A DNA stretch of 64,000 nt from Octopus bimaculoides. Taxonomy: Eukaryota. The DNA is taken from the NCBI RefSeq assembly GCF_001194135.2, contig NC_068992.1, forward strand, positions 28,027,038-28,091,037. The letters are read 5' to 3'. The notes beneath the pieces were generated by a model that had not been told where the DNA came from, ran no database searches, and saw nothing but the letters and a program-made list of their open reading frames with translations. A program made the position numbers and the translations under genes. Below, piece by piece: positions 38,477 to 51,789 of the stretch. The stretch's first letter is position 1, and every line of letters starts with the position of its first letter.

Positions 38477-40939
38477 TAGACAAAAAGAGATAACGAAACC
38501 AAGGCTGTGAGGAGTTTTCAGGACATTTATAAGGAAAGAGATATAGATATAGTCTTATAGTTGTTTCTGGGATATTATGGATATCCCTTCATTACAGCCT
38601 TGGCTTTGTAACCTTTCTTTTTTTTTCTCTAATATATATATAAATAATATATGAGTATATGCATATATATGTACATGTATGTACATACCTTCATCTACAT
38701 GTATATATAGATGCATATCTGGGTACATGACGTTGCAATAAAACATAGACAAAATAATAAACAAGTTACAAAAACACACAGGCCACATAGAGAACATTTC
38801 CTTCATCAGCTGCCACCATTATAACACTGGCGTTTCGAACATATATATACACCAGGTTTTTAACCTCTGTCCACAAATATATGTTTTGCAGTTCTTAGAT
38901 ATTCAGATATTCGTCTCTGAATGTGTATTGATCTCATGCGGTGTTATTCACGTAAAAGACTTTTACTGAATTTCCTAAAACAAGTAACGAATCTTTATTA
39001 CCAGATTTATTTGTTAGATTTGTTCTTCTTTTTGGTAAAACATTCTGGTATTACCTAGCGTTCTCCAATGATCTTGCAAATTCCTGCATGACATTAAAAT
39101 AATAGTGAATTTATCAGAAGTTTACTTTTAAGACACATCTCTTTTTCACTTCAAACATTATTAGTTAACAACTATTAACATTTTACTGGTATTTCACTTG
39201 TTATTTTTAATTAGATGTGTGATACTACTTTGAGTATGTTAATAGCAACTTGACGTATATTGTTCTTCTGTGCAGATGGCGCCTCTAAGGAACTCACATC
39301 ACTGATTTGCATTTTAAATCATTCTATTTTACAATTCTCTCATCGCTACATTGCCAAGCTTGGTGAAGTCATTGGTAAGCTGAGAAGCTCTAATAAGATC
39401 GAAATCTGTCCGAAGTTGTCGCCCATATTTGCTGAAATGATTAAACTGAGTTAACACTGAGCTAACACTTTTTTCTCGCTGTATATAAATTTTTAGCTAG
39501 TTTTAAAAAAATATTTTAATACTCACTTATTTCGGATTTATAAGTGAAGCAGAGGCGTGTGATGATGTTACCTAGATTACAGCAGTCAAATATTGCCTCA
39601 CTTCTATACTGAGTCACTAGTCGCATCTTTTCTGTGGAAGGATAACTCTGCAGGTATCATATTTCTATGAATTATTCTGACAGCAAGAGTGGCGTCATAG
39701 CAATGAAGGGCTTTGTAGCGGTGATTCGAAACCGACATCACGATCAAACCACAGTAGTTTCACGTGATAGGTCTATTAAACAATCAGTCAGCTTCAAGTC
39801 ACAGCCTGATTCAATTTTCTATAATCTTCTCTTTGTGCCTTATATAAAGCCGCTTTTAGCGCCAAAACTCTGCAGACTATTGAGACTAGCCGACTCATTC
39901 ACACATGTTGAAAAGTGTTGAAGGCGGCTGAGAAAAATGCGCCCCGACTCTTGCTAGAGACACGCGCAGCCATCTTCAGGTTCTTGGATAGACCGAATTA
40001 AACATTCACATAACATCTCTCATAAGTAACTTCTTTTAACGCGGAGCGGTCTTTTTATCTCTCCCAGTATGTAATTATTGCTGTTATTATTTTGTAAAGT
40101 TAAAACTCTATGTGTAATAATAATATCTTCTGTTAATTTTTCATGAGTGTTGTTAGTTACATCTTCACGTAGGTCGAGAAATACATTTTCGTTCATCAGC
40201 AACAACAACAACAGTAACTATTATGACCACCACCACGACAACCACACTCGCGACAATTCCAAACCGGAATTAAACTTAAGTCAAGATTCTAATCATTATG
40301 AGCAGATATCTTATTCTATTGCTTGATATTTACCCCGCTGGCCACGTATGTATTAATCGCCGAAACTTACTGAGCGAACTTTATACTTTAATAGCTGAAA
40401 ATTTCTATTAATTTTTCGCTCGATAACTTATCTCACTACATATTTCTCATGGCTTCAGTTCGTTTCCAGATAACTTTATTTCCCTATCACAAACGCTGTA
40501 AATACTACAATTCATTCGTTCGACAATAATTACATGTATCTGGTTCATAGTAACTTTCTTTTTTATCCATAAATGGAGACCGACGAGCAAACGGAGACTG
40601 TAAACACAGGCAAATGATAAAATTAAATAATAGATCCGAAAGACATAGGCGAATTATATATTTGAATAGACAGTGTTGGTATGTAATTGACTGCATGAAT
40701 GAGGTGAGGGTGAGAAGCTATATTAACGAAAAAGAAATTCATGAATTAACGAGAAGGTTCTACACACGCTCGTTGATAATACTAGAGATAGCAGCCAAAT
40801 CTCCTTCAACTCACTCGATGGGATAGTCAAGGCTGGAACTTCTTTGATCATAGATCTGATCAATCAAGGCTGTTCTGAAGCTCGACAACAACAACAACAA
40901 CAACAACTTTTTTATCGCTTAGTCAGGAAGAAGGGCCCA

Positions 40940-41738
40940 TGGCCTTTTGTAGTGTTTCTGAAAGAAATCTGGTCCAAATAATTGCAACAGAGGACTAAGC
41001 AATGGTGTAAAACTTGGAGATGGATTAAGTGTAAGGGAAAGTGCTTCATCAGATTTTCTGGGAACAGCGAGATGGAAACAACTAATGTTCTCATGAGCAG
41101 TTGCAAGGTAAAACCAGTAGGAAAGACATCAGCAGGGAAGGAGTTCCAAATGACTGATCTTCTGGGAAAGAAAAACTGGGCCCTTTGGTTAGTGCGGGGC
41201 CTGAAGAGTGTTTTGATTAGTGGAAGACGGTTTGGTTAGTGTGGAGTCTGAAGGGAATTTTCGTTAGTGCGGGGTTTGAGGAACGTTTTGGTTAGTGTGG
41301 AGTCTGAAGGGAGTCTGGTGTGGGTGTCTGAAGGATATTTTGGTTAGTGCGGTATATCCAAGAACCTGAAGATGTCTGCGGATGTCCCTAGCACGAGTCG
41401 GGGCGCATTTTGAAAAGGGTTTTGGTTAGTGCGAGGTTTGAAAGTCGGTTTGGTTAATGCGGGATCCGATAGGTATTTTGGTTGGTGCGGGGTGTGAGAC
41501 GCGTTTTGGTTAGTGCGGGGCACAACAAGGACGATGAGAGGAGAAATAAGGGAATTGGAAATACCTGAATATAGGTAGCACGAGACCAGCCAACTACGCA
41601 GGTCAGAAGCCATGGTATTAGTATTGCGATAGGCTGAAAGAGAAAACATGTACACCCGTGAGTCAGTGGCTGGAACGTATCTTTGTGTCATTTGTTTTTA
41701 TTGGCATTAATGTCATCAGCGGAGTGAAAAAGCTTTTA
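40940..41738 (-). mobile_element. CR1/Jockey-like LINE 3' fragment interrupted by a minisatellite
   Basis: Broken-frame QPLTH, YHGF..LAGLV, PRTN, FFPRR..WNSFPADVFP match the RT C-terminal consensus of these LINEs. Confidence 0.65.
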
Positions 41739-42263
41739 NNNNNNNNNNNNNNNNNNNNNNNNNNNNNNNNNNNNNNNNNNNNNNNNNNNNNNNNNNNNNN
41801 NNNNNNNNNNNNNNNNNNNNNNNNNNNNNNNNNNNNNNNNNNNNNNNNNNNNNNNNNNNNNNNNNNNNNNNNNNNNNNNNNNNNNNNNNNNNNNNNNNNN
41901 NNNNNNNNNNNNNNNNNNNNNNNNNNNNNNNNNNNNNNNNNNNNNNNNNNNNNNNNNNNNNNNNNNNNNNNNNNNNNNNNNNNNNNNNNNNNNNNNNNNN
42001 NNNNNNNNNNNNNNNNNNNNNNNNNNNNNNNNNNNNNNNNNNNNNNNNNNNNNNNNNNNNNNNNNNNNNNNNNNNNNNNNNNNNNNNNNNNNNNNNNNNN
42101 NNNNNNNNNNNNNNNNNNNNNNNNNNNNNNNNNNNNNNNNNNNNTAGGAGGCCAATAAAATGTAGAAAACAACGAGGTCGATGAACAATTAATCAATTAT
42201 CTTCTCAATAATGGATGACAGCACAAATATAAGAAGCGAGAAGATAATCATTGATTTATTTAG

Positions 42264-42437
42264 TTAACATCATCATCATCATCATCATCATCATCGTCGT
42301 TGCCGTCGTCGTCATCATCGTCGCTGTTGTCGTCATCATCATTATCTTCATCATCATCGTCGTCGTCGTCGTCCTCCTCCTCCTCCTCCTCCTCATCATC
42401 ATCATCGTAGTCGTAGTCGTGGTCGCCATTATCATCA

Positions 42438-42472
<35 letters not shown>

Positions 42473-42555
42473 TTCATCATCATCGTCATCATCCTCATCA
42501 TCGTCGTCATTATCATTAACCATCATCACCATCTTCACCACCACCATCATCGTCT
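42264..42555. repeat. Compound trinucleotide microsatellite (CAT/CGT/CCT/CAC)
   Basis: Direct reading. Confidence 0.95.
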
Positions 42556-42915
42556 TCTAAAAACTGTATTAGGTAAGGTCAAACAAAACTCTTTGATTTG
42601 GTAAGAAATCATGAAGAACAGAAATAACGATTTTTCCTGGTTTCTTTACCATTAATTCTTATCAGGAACAATTAACTAATATATGTATGTACATATATAT
42701 ATATATATATATATCTATCTACATACATGCGCACGCATACACACCGAATGTTTTATAATTAATATATATTTATTTATTATATAATCTATATTTGCTATCT
42801 GTCTGTCGGTCTCTCTATATAAATATATATATTTATTTATATATATATGTGTATATATGTATATATATATACATATATACACACATATATATGTATGTAT
42901 GTATCTATACATACT

Positions 42916-42947
<32 letters not shown>

Positions 42948-44161
42948 NNNNNNNNNNNNNNNNNNNNNNNNNNNNNNNNNNNNNNNNNNNNNNNNNNNNN
43001 NNNNNNNNNNNNNNNNNNNNNNNNNNNNNNNNNNNNNNNNNNNNNNNNNNNNNNNNNNNNNNNNNNNNNNNNNNNNNNNNNNNNNNNNNNNNNNNNNNNN
43101 NNNNNNNNNNNNNNNNNNNNNNNNNNNNNNNNNNNNNNNNNNNNNNNNNNNNNNNNNNNNNNNNNNNNNNNNNNNNNNNNNNNNNNNNNNNNNNNNNNNN
43201 NNNNNNNNNNNNNNNNNNNNNNNNNNNNNNNNNNNNNNNNNNNNNNNNNNNNNNNNNNNNNNNNNNNNNNNNNNNNNNNNNNNNNNNNNNNNNNNNNNNN
43301 NNNNNNNNNNNNNNNNNNNNNNNNNNNNNNNNNNNNNNNNNNNNNNNNNNNNNNNNNNNNNNNNNNNNNNNNNNNNNNNNNNNNNNNNNNNNNNNNNNNN
43401 NNNNNNNNNNNNNNNNNNNNNNNNNNNNNNNNNNNNNNNNNNNNNNNNNNNNNNNNNNNNNNNNNNNNNNNNNNNNNNNNNNNNNNNNNNNNNNNNNNNN
43501 NNNNNNNNNNNNNNNNNNNNNNNNNNNNNNNNNNNNNNNNNNNNNNNNNNNNNNNNNNNNNNNNNNNNNNNNNNNNNNNNNNNNNNNNNNNNNNNNNNNN
43601 NNNNNNNNNNNNNNNNNNNNNNNNNNNNNNNNNNNNNNNNNNNNNNNNNNNNNNNNNNNNNNNNNNNNNNNNNNNNNNNNNNNNNNNNNNNNNNNNNNNN
43701 NNNNNNNNNNNNNNNNNNNNNNNNNNNNNNNNNNNNNNNNNNNNNNNNNNNNNNNNNNNNNNNNNNNNNATATATATTTATTTATATATATATGTGTATA
43801 TATGTATATATTCTTTACTCTTTCATTTGTTTCAGTTTTTGACTGCGGCTATGCTGGAGCACCGCCTTTACGCTAACAAATCAACCCCAGGACTTATTCT
43901 TTGTAAGCCTAGTACTTATTCTATCAGACTTTTGCCGAACCGCTAAGTTACGGGGACGTACACACACCAACATCGGTTGTCAAGTGATGGTGGGGGAACA
44001 CACACACACGGTGGGCTTCTTTCAGTTTCCGTCTACCAAATCCTCTCACAAGGCCTTAGTCGGCCAGCGTCTATATTAGAAAACACTTGCCCAAGATACC
44101 ACGCAGTGGGACTGAACCAGAACCATATGGTTGGTAAGCAAGCTACTTACCACATAGCCAC

Positions 44162-44219
<58 letters not shown>

Positions 44220-44926
44220 NNNNNNNNNNNNNNNNNNNNNNNNNNNNNNNNNNNNNNNNNNNNNNNNGCTTCCCAGACCAGGTTGCGAGTGTTTATTGAA
44301 CGAAAACACCTAAAGCTCCACGAGGCTCCGGCAGTGGGTGGTGGCGAATCCTGCTGTACTCTTTCACCAAAACTTTCTCTCACTCTTTCTTCTTGTTTCT
44401 GTTGTACCTGTATTTCAAACTATCAAGATTTATTATACCCACTATGATTTCTGTCGACTCTTTCAGCCCCCTTCCTAGCAGGAACTACTCCTTGTTCTTT
44501 TAGCCTTAGATATACAAAGATTTGATAAACTAGTCTATAAATTAAAACTGATCCCATAAAACAGTGACAAAGAAAATCTCTAACAAGTCTTTCTTCCTGA
44601 TACCTTAGTAGCTTCTAAGCTGAAGTGAAGACAGCATGTTCTTTGTCTATCTCCTTACCTTCTTGGTGATTTTAGGTAAAATTATACTAATGTGTCCATC
44701 TGTTTTAATTTAATTTAATTCTGTCTTTATGCAGCTGAGGATTGCTCTGCATTTAAATTGATGTAGTGATTGCATTGTTCAATTAAATTGAGTTGCTTGA
44801 AACGATCGTACTGCATTACCTCTGGATATCCTTGTTGCTTATTTTGATTTTAATCACCTTATTTTGAAATTGTATGGATAGTACCGTACTAAATTCTGGT
44901 GCCTCAACTTAAGTACCAAATTCATC

Positions 44927-44985
<59 letters not shown>

Positions 44986-45016
44986 GTCTGTCTGTCAGTC
45001 GATCTCTCTCTCTTTC

Positions 45017-45059
<43 letters not shown>

Positions 45060-45697
45060 TCAAAAAGAACTCAAATGGATATATATATATATAAACTATA
45101 TACATACATACATAATACTTACATGCATACATAATACATACAGTACAGTACCAACACATCACACCTCATGGTTGCTTTTACCCCACTGTGAATTCAGTGT
45201 TATGGCATCCTACGTGCTGATGCAACATCAGTCTAATACATCCTATAACTAACCAATATTTATATGTATATACTATTGTGCATTTACAAAGCACGACACA
45301 TAGCCATATGTTTAGAGCTCATTATATCACATTACACTCTAATAATACAACCTCAATAATACATTAGCGTTTATATACACATTCTCAAGATGTACCCGTT
45401 GAAATGATTACAGAGTAAAATACATTGATTAAATAACAAAGCCGACCAATTTAATTACGTAGGATGCAGTAATACCGTTGAGAAGGCAATTTATTATACA
45501 ATGTGTTGTGTAAAGTCATTCGGTATCACATATTCCGAAAAGGAAATAATAAGGATGAAAAAATGTTTCTCTTTTGAAGATGTGGCACCGGATGACTTTA
45601 TACAACACATTGTGAAATAGTAATCTCGACGATATTACTGAATGGTGGAAGAATATAATAGTTCGGTTTTTGTTTTCATTTGTTTTATATATATCTA

Positions 45698-45745
<48 letters not shown>

Positions 45746-46225
45746 NNNNNNNNNNNNNNNNNNNNNNNNNNNNNNNNNNNNNNNNNNNNNNNNNNNNNNN
45801 NNNNNNNNNNNNNNNNNNNNNNNNNNNNNNNNNNNNNNNNNNNNNNNNNNNNNNNNNNNNNNNNNNNNNNNNNNNNNNNNNNNNNNNNNNNNNNNNNNNN
45901 NNNNNNNNNNNNNNNNNNNNNNNNNNNNNNNNNNNNNNNNNNNNNNNNNNNNNNNNNNNNNNNNNNNNNNNNNNNNNNNNNNNNNNNNNNNNNNNNNNNN
46001 NNNNNNNNNNNNNNNNNNNNNNNNNNNNNNNNNNNNNNNNNNNNNNNNNNNNNNNNNGCGCATATACGCGCAGGAATGGCTCTGTGGTAAGGAGTTTGCT
46101 TCCAAGCCACAGGCTCAGTCCTACTGCACGGCACCGTGGGCTAGTGTCTTCTACTAGAGTCTCGGGCCAACCAAAGCCTTGCAAGTGGAGTTGGTAGACG
46201 GAAACTAAAAGAAGCCCGTTGTATG

Positions 46226-47835
46226 TACGTATGTTGTTGAAATTTACAGAAAAACAAAAGACGAAGACAGGTGTATGAACAACGAGCAGGTGTATTAGTT
46301 TGACGCTCGGGAAAGTGAGTAAGTCTTTTATTTTTCGAGCTTACGCTCTTCAACAGAAAGGAATAAGAGAAAATAAACAGAGAGACAATAAAAAACTTGT
46401 GGATTTAGCGGTCAAGCATGGCGACTGGTTGGAAAAAAAATGGTTTGACAGGAGAGGTAGAAAGAAGGGGAAATAAAGCATTGGTAATCCACAAACGAAG
46501 GTGCACGTGCGTGTGTGTGTATGTGAGAATGTGTGTGTGTGTATGTGTGTGTGTGTGGATAGGGGCTAGTGACTTTGACGTTTGTAGATGTGTGCTTTTT
46601 GTAAGTGTGTGCGTCTGTAATGTGTATGTGTGTGTGTGTGTGGATGATGGTGTATGGGTGTGCGGATGATGAATGAAGAGAGAAGCAGCCCGCTTCTAGA
46701 AAGTGTTTGAGTGCAAGAAGTCCTTCGTTGTGTGGGATCACCGTATATAGACTCTTGATATCAAGAGTGAAGAGAAGTTTAGAGGGGCCAGAAGGGAAGG
46801 AGAAAGAGTTAAAGAGACGGAGAGCATGGTTAGTGTCGTGGATGTGAGAGGGGAGGGAAGCCACTTGGGGGAGGCAAGGACATGGTTGAGGTATTTAGAG
46901 ATCAATCCCATGGGGCAGTTACAGGCGGAGACGATGGGGCGGCCAGGGTTGTTGGGTTTGTGGATTTTGGGAAGGAAGTAAATGGTGGGGGTGCGTGGAG
47001 TTCGGACAATGAGGCTGGAAGCGGTGGGAGGGAGGCGGAAGGAGGAGGTGTTATAGATAATGGAAGACAAAGTCTGCTGGAAGTTAGGTATAGGGTTGGA
47101 GGGCAATAGAAAGAGGTGTCTTGAAATTGGTGGAGAGCTTCAGCCTTGTAGAGGTCTCCGTACCACACCATCACNNNNNNNNNNNNNNNNNNNNNNNNNN
47201 NNNNNNNNNNNNNNNNNNNNNNNNNNNNNNNNNNNNNNNNNNNNNNNNNNNNNNNNNNNNNNNNNNNNNNNNNNNNNNNNNNNNNNNNNNNNNNNNNNNN
47301 NNNNNNNNNNNNNNNNNNNNNNNNNNNNNNNNNNNNNNNNNNNNNNNNNNNNNNNNNNNNNNNNNNNNNNNNNNNNNNNNNNNNNNNNNNNNNNNNNNNN
47401 NNNNNNNNNNNNNNNNNNNNNNNNNNNNNNNNNNNNNNNNNNNNNNNNNNNNNNNNNNNNNNNNNNNNNNNNNNNNNNNNNNNNNNNNNNNNNNNNNNNN
47501 NNNNNNNNNNNNNNNNNNNNNNNNNNNNNNNNNNNNNNNNNNNNNNNNNNNNNNNNNNNNNNNNNNNNNNNNNNNNNNNNNNNNNNNNNNNNNNNNNNNN
47601 NNNNNNNNNNGGTAACAACAGACTGAAGTGGGGAAGGGGGTGGATGAGTTAGACGTGGAAGGGGTGATGGGGATAGTGGAAGGCTGGGAGGAAAGAGAGG
47701 AGGAGTAAGTACGGGGGGGGGAGTTGGAGCGGTGGGTGTGTGGAGAGGGAGAGTATGGCGGAGAGGTGGGTGGAGTGGCGTCGGGTGGGACAGAATGAAG
47801 GAGTCAGTGGAGTTTATGTTGTTTAGTGCGAACTA
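46226..47835 (-). mobile_element. Penelope-like element, RT remnant with internal deletion
   Basis: YFLPKIHKPNNPGRPIVSAC and LFTLDIKSLYTVIPHNEGL are hallmark PLE RT motifs; gap at 47175-47610. Confidence 0.9.
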
Positions 47836-48031
47836 GGAACTCGTGGAAATGTGTGTGTGTGTGTATGTATGTGTGATTTTTGATTGTGTATGTATGTATG
47901 TATGTATGTGTGTATGTGTATGGTATGTGTGTATGTATGTATGTGTGTGTGTGTTTGTGTATATATGTATGCGTGTATGTATGTCGGTACGTATGTATGT
48001 ATGTATATATATATGTGTGCGCGCGCGTTTG

Positions 48032-48064
<33 letters not shown>

Positions 48065-49329
48065 GTTCGCTTCCCACCACCGCTTTACAACCGGTTAAAT
48101 TGGTGCGTTTACGTCTCCGTGCCTTAGCGATTCGGCAAAAGAAACCAAGTGCTGGGGTCGATTCGTTCGATTAAAGTTCTTCAAGGCGGTGCCCCCGCAT
48201 GGCCGCAGTCAAAAGACTAAAACAAAAAATAGATAAAAAATAAAAGAAAACACACACACACACACACTCGCTTCAAAGATTTAATTATACTGACTGACTT
48301 TGTTTAGTTGGTTTGCAAGCACTGAAACAACTGCCAGCCCTTTTAACTTATCGATTATATGAACCCTCTTTCACCCGTCTTTTTTAATATATATTTCTGT
48401 TGTTGTTGTTGTTCGCACTCCGTCGCTTACGACGTCGAGGGTTCCAGTTGATCCGATCAACGGAACAGCCTGCTCGTGAAATTAACGTGCAAGTGGCTGA
48501 GCACTCCACAGACACGTGTACCCTTAACGTAGTCCTCGGGGATATTCAGCGTGACAGAGTGTGACAAGGCTGACCCTTTGAATTACAGGCACAACAGAAA
48601 CAGGAAGTAAGAGTGAGAGAAAGTTGTGGTGAAAGAGTACAGCAGGGTTCGCCACCATCCCCTGCCGGAGCCTCATGGAGCTTTAGGCGTNNNNNNNNNN
48701 AGCACTCCACAGACACGTGTACCCTTAACGTAGTCCTCGGGGATATTCAGCGTGACAGAGTGTGACAAGGCTGACCCTTTGAATTACAGGCACAACAGAA
48801 ACAGGAAGTAAGAGTGAGAGAAAGTTGTGGTGAAAGAGTACAGCAGGGTTCGCCACCATCCCCTGCCGGAGCCTCATGGAGCTTTAGGCGTTTTCGCTCA
48901 ATAAACACTCACAACGCCCGGTCTGGGAATCGAAACCGCGATCCTATGACCGCGAGTCCGCTGCCCTAACCACTGGGCCATTGCGCCTTCATATCTTTCT
49001 ATAGACATATCAAAACAGGATATTGGAAAATTTTCTGGTATTACTTATTCACCATTACACGTGTTTCATTTGCTAATGGGAGTTACAAAATTGTTCACGC
49101 TGTACAATTGTTCTAATTAGCAAATGAAAATAGATAGTACCAAAATTTTTTTTTGCAATCTTCTGTTTTGATATTACTTTATAGAAAATATGTTCTGTAT
49201 TTTCAGCTCTTATGCATATCTCACACAAATATAACATCTAAAACACATTTGGAATACTGAAATAAGCTGATGAGCTTGAAGAGGATACAGCTTGGATTTT
49301 AACCCTCTATATATAATCTTTCTATAAAG

Positions 49330-49672
49330 GGTAAAGGGTAAAGACCCCTTTCAGTCATGAATGATGAAGGGATTGCACCTAGAAAGTTACCCTCTCAGGC
49401 ACATGTCCGGGCAAGGTTGTTTTATGGAAGACCAGCAGTCACCGATGCATACCAGCCTCCCTTCGCCACGCTCCTTATGTTATCCAAGGGAAAGGTAAAG
49501 ACCGATACAGCTTGGTACCAGTGACCTCACAACTCATTTCTACAGCTGAGTGAACTGGAGCAACGTGAAATAAAGTGTCTTGCTCAAAAACACAACACTC
49601 AGCCCGGTCCGGTACTGGGGTCGATTCATGATTGTGAGCCCGGCGCTCTAACCACTGAGCCATGCATCTTCA
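49330..49672 (-). mobile_element. tRNA-derived CORE-like SINE (family D)
   Basis: ctcagtggttagagcg head, ttgagcaagacactt core; copies at about 2010-2250(+), 59700-59950(+), 61855-62155(-). Confidence 0.75.
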
Positions 49673-51696
49673 CAATCTTTCTATAGATATATACTTTATT
49701 TTGGACTCTGTTTAGCTCCCATTGCATAAATAGGAGGCGAGTCTTTCTTTCAATAACATCTAATCCAACAACCTAGTTATTATCTACATAAAACCCTTCA
49801 GGATTGGCTGTAATATTAGTTTCAAATTTTGGCACAAGGCCAGAAATTTTTGGGAAGAGGATAAACCGATTACATCGACCTCCCCCCCACCAAGTGTTCA
49901 ACTGGTACTTAATTTATCGACCCCCGAAAGGACGAAAGGCAAAGTCGACATCGGCGGAATTTGAACTCAGAATNNNNNNNNNNNNNNNNNNNNNNNNNNN
50001 NNNNNNNNNNNNNNNNNNNNNNCGAAAGGCAAAGTCGACATCGGCGGAATTTGAACTCAGAATATAATATAAAGACGAACGAAATGTTGCCAAACATTTT
50101 GTCCGGCATGCTAACGATTCTTTTCTACTCGAGGCACAAGGCCCGAAATTTTTGGGGAAGGTGGGGCCAGCCGATTAGATCGACTCCAGTATGCAATCGG
50201 TATTAATTTATTGACCCCGAAAGGACGAAAGGCAAAGTCGACATCGGCGGAATTTGAACTCAGAATATAATATAAAGACGAACGAAATGTTGCCAAACAT
50301 TTTGTCCGGCATGCTAACAGTTTTGCCAGCTCATCGCCTAAAAGCTTGACTGTGATATTACTTACAGAATATATATCCATCTCAAAACTTCACTATATTG
50401 CGTAGTCTTCTCTATTTTAACTTAGTTTTTCTCCTAAACTTACCCATACTAGTTTTCGAACCTTTGAGCGTGGTTCTCAATAAAAAGTCCTCAGTTTCTT
50501 GTTCTAATATATTCTCGTATCAGGCATTTTCTGTTGCTGTACTTGTTTTTGTTTTTCGTCTCAGTCGAGGGTCTTCTCACGAATTTTCTGCGGAGATTTA
50601 GCTTCTTTTGCATATTTAAACAGAGTTCTCTCCTGAATTTTTACCCGTTGAATTGATATTTCTTTTGTGATTTTAACACCGTCTGTTTGACTTGGATTTT
50701 AAGTTTTTTGGGAAACATTTCTTTTTGTGGTATGTCGTTTTTGATTCATCACCGGTTTGGGTATCATTCATTTTTAGCTTTAGTTTTCCCCTGCAATTTA
50801 TAATCTGTAAAAATCTTTTGTTTCCAAAAAGTAAAAACACGATCTATTTGACTTTTTCTAGTTTTCTACGCTTGCTGTTCTAATTATAACCCGCATAGAT
50901 TATTGCTGGCAGAATCATTAGCACGCTGGGCAAAATGCTTAGCCAGTATTTCGTCCGTCTTTACGTTCTGAGTTCAAATTCCGCCGAGATCGACTTTACC
51001 GAGATCATACTTTAGGAGGTCGATGAAATAAGTACCAGTTACGCACTGGGGTCGATGTAATCGACTAGTCCCCTCCCCCAAATTTCAGGCCTTGTGCCTA
51101 TAGTAAAAAGGGTTATTATTATTGCTGTTGTTGCTTATTGCTTACTGTTCATCTACGTTTGGTTGTAAAGTGAGCTGTGTTGCCTTTACACTCCGATCTT
51201 TTGTGGCCCCTGTTTCTGTTGTGATTTGTTATAGTGTGATTTGAGTTGTATTACTTTACCTAAGGTAGTTATATTTATTCCCCGGTAGATATAATCAGAA
51301 CAACCTCCACTCCAACCGGTGCGGGTCAGCACTTGATCTGTTTATCGGTAATAGATGGGTCTCTATTTCGATTACCTTAACTATCACAGCGTATTTATTT
51401 TATAATTTATTTTATATTTTATATCACATTTTGTGAACACTCGCGCTGTTGATTACATGTTTTTAAGAGATCAATCATTGGTTCATTACATTTACAGTAA
51501 AGGCAGTAACGAGGAAATCTCTAAGTTTATGAGAGACGATTACGTTCGGTAAAGCATCGATTTTTTTTTAGATCTTATGCTGATGTTTAGATTTTATGCG
51601 AACATAAATCGGTGGAAGATATACACGTATAAACAAACACACAAATGTGTGCAGAAACACACACACGCTGACACACACACACACATACACACACAC

Positions 51697-51789
<93 letters not shown>

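Noticed and set aside
40505-40601. Acceptor-led segment SPFARRSPFMDKKESYYEPDTCNYCRTNEL on -
   Set aside because: No compatible partner exon or recognisable homology; indistinguishable from chance.
41565-41633. 69-nt exon-like segment on - with good splice sites (PIAILIPWLLTCVVGWSRATYIQ)
   Set aside because: Another frame matches the decayed LINE RT C-terminus (YHGF..LAGLV); better explained as TE sequence.
42251-42604. Poly-Asp/Glu, poly-Thr/Met and poly-Ile/Val ORFs
   Set aside because: Translations of a trinucleotide microsatellite.
42792-43946. Long ORFs in the track containing X runs or HT/YI/CV repeats (also about 3.1, 41.7, 45.7, 47.2, 51.6, 54.5, 57.2, 61.3 kb)
   Set aside because: They run through N gaps and dinucleotide repeats.
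48501-48890. Exact 190-bp direct repeat inside a SINE
   Set aside because: The two copies flank a 10-N gap; typical unmerged contig overlap.
49936-50320. Triplicated SINE segment
   Set aside because: Copies straddle a gap and share private mutations; assembly artefact at least as likely as real tandem duplication.
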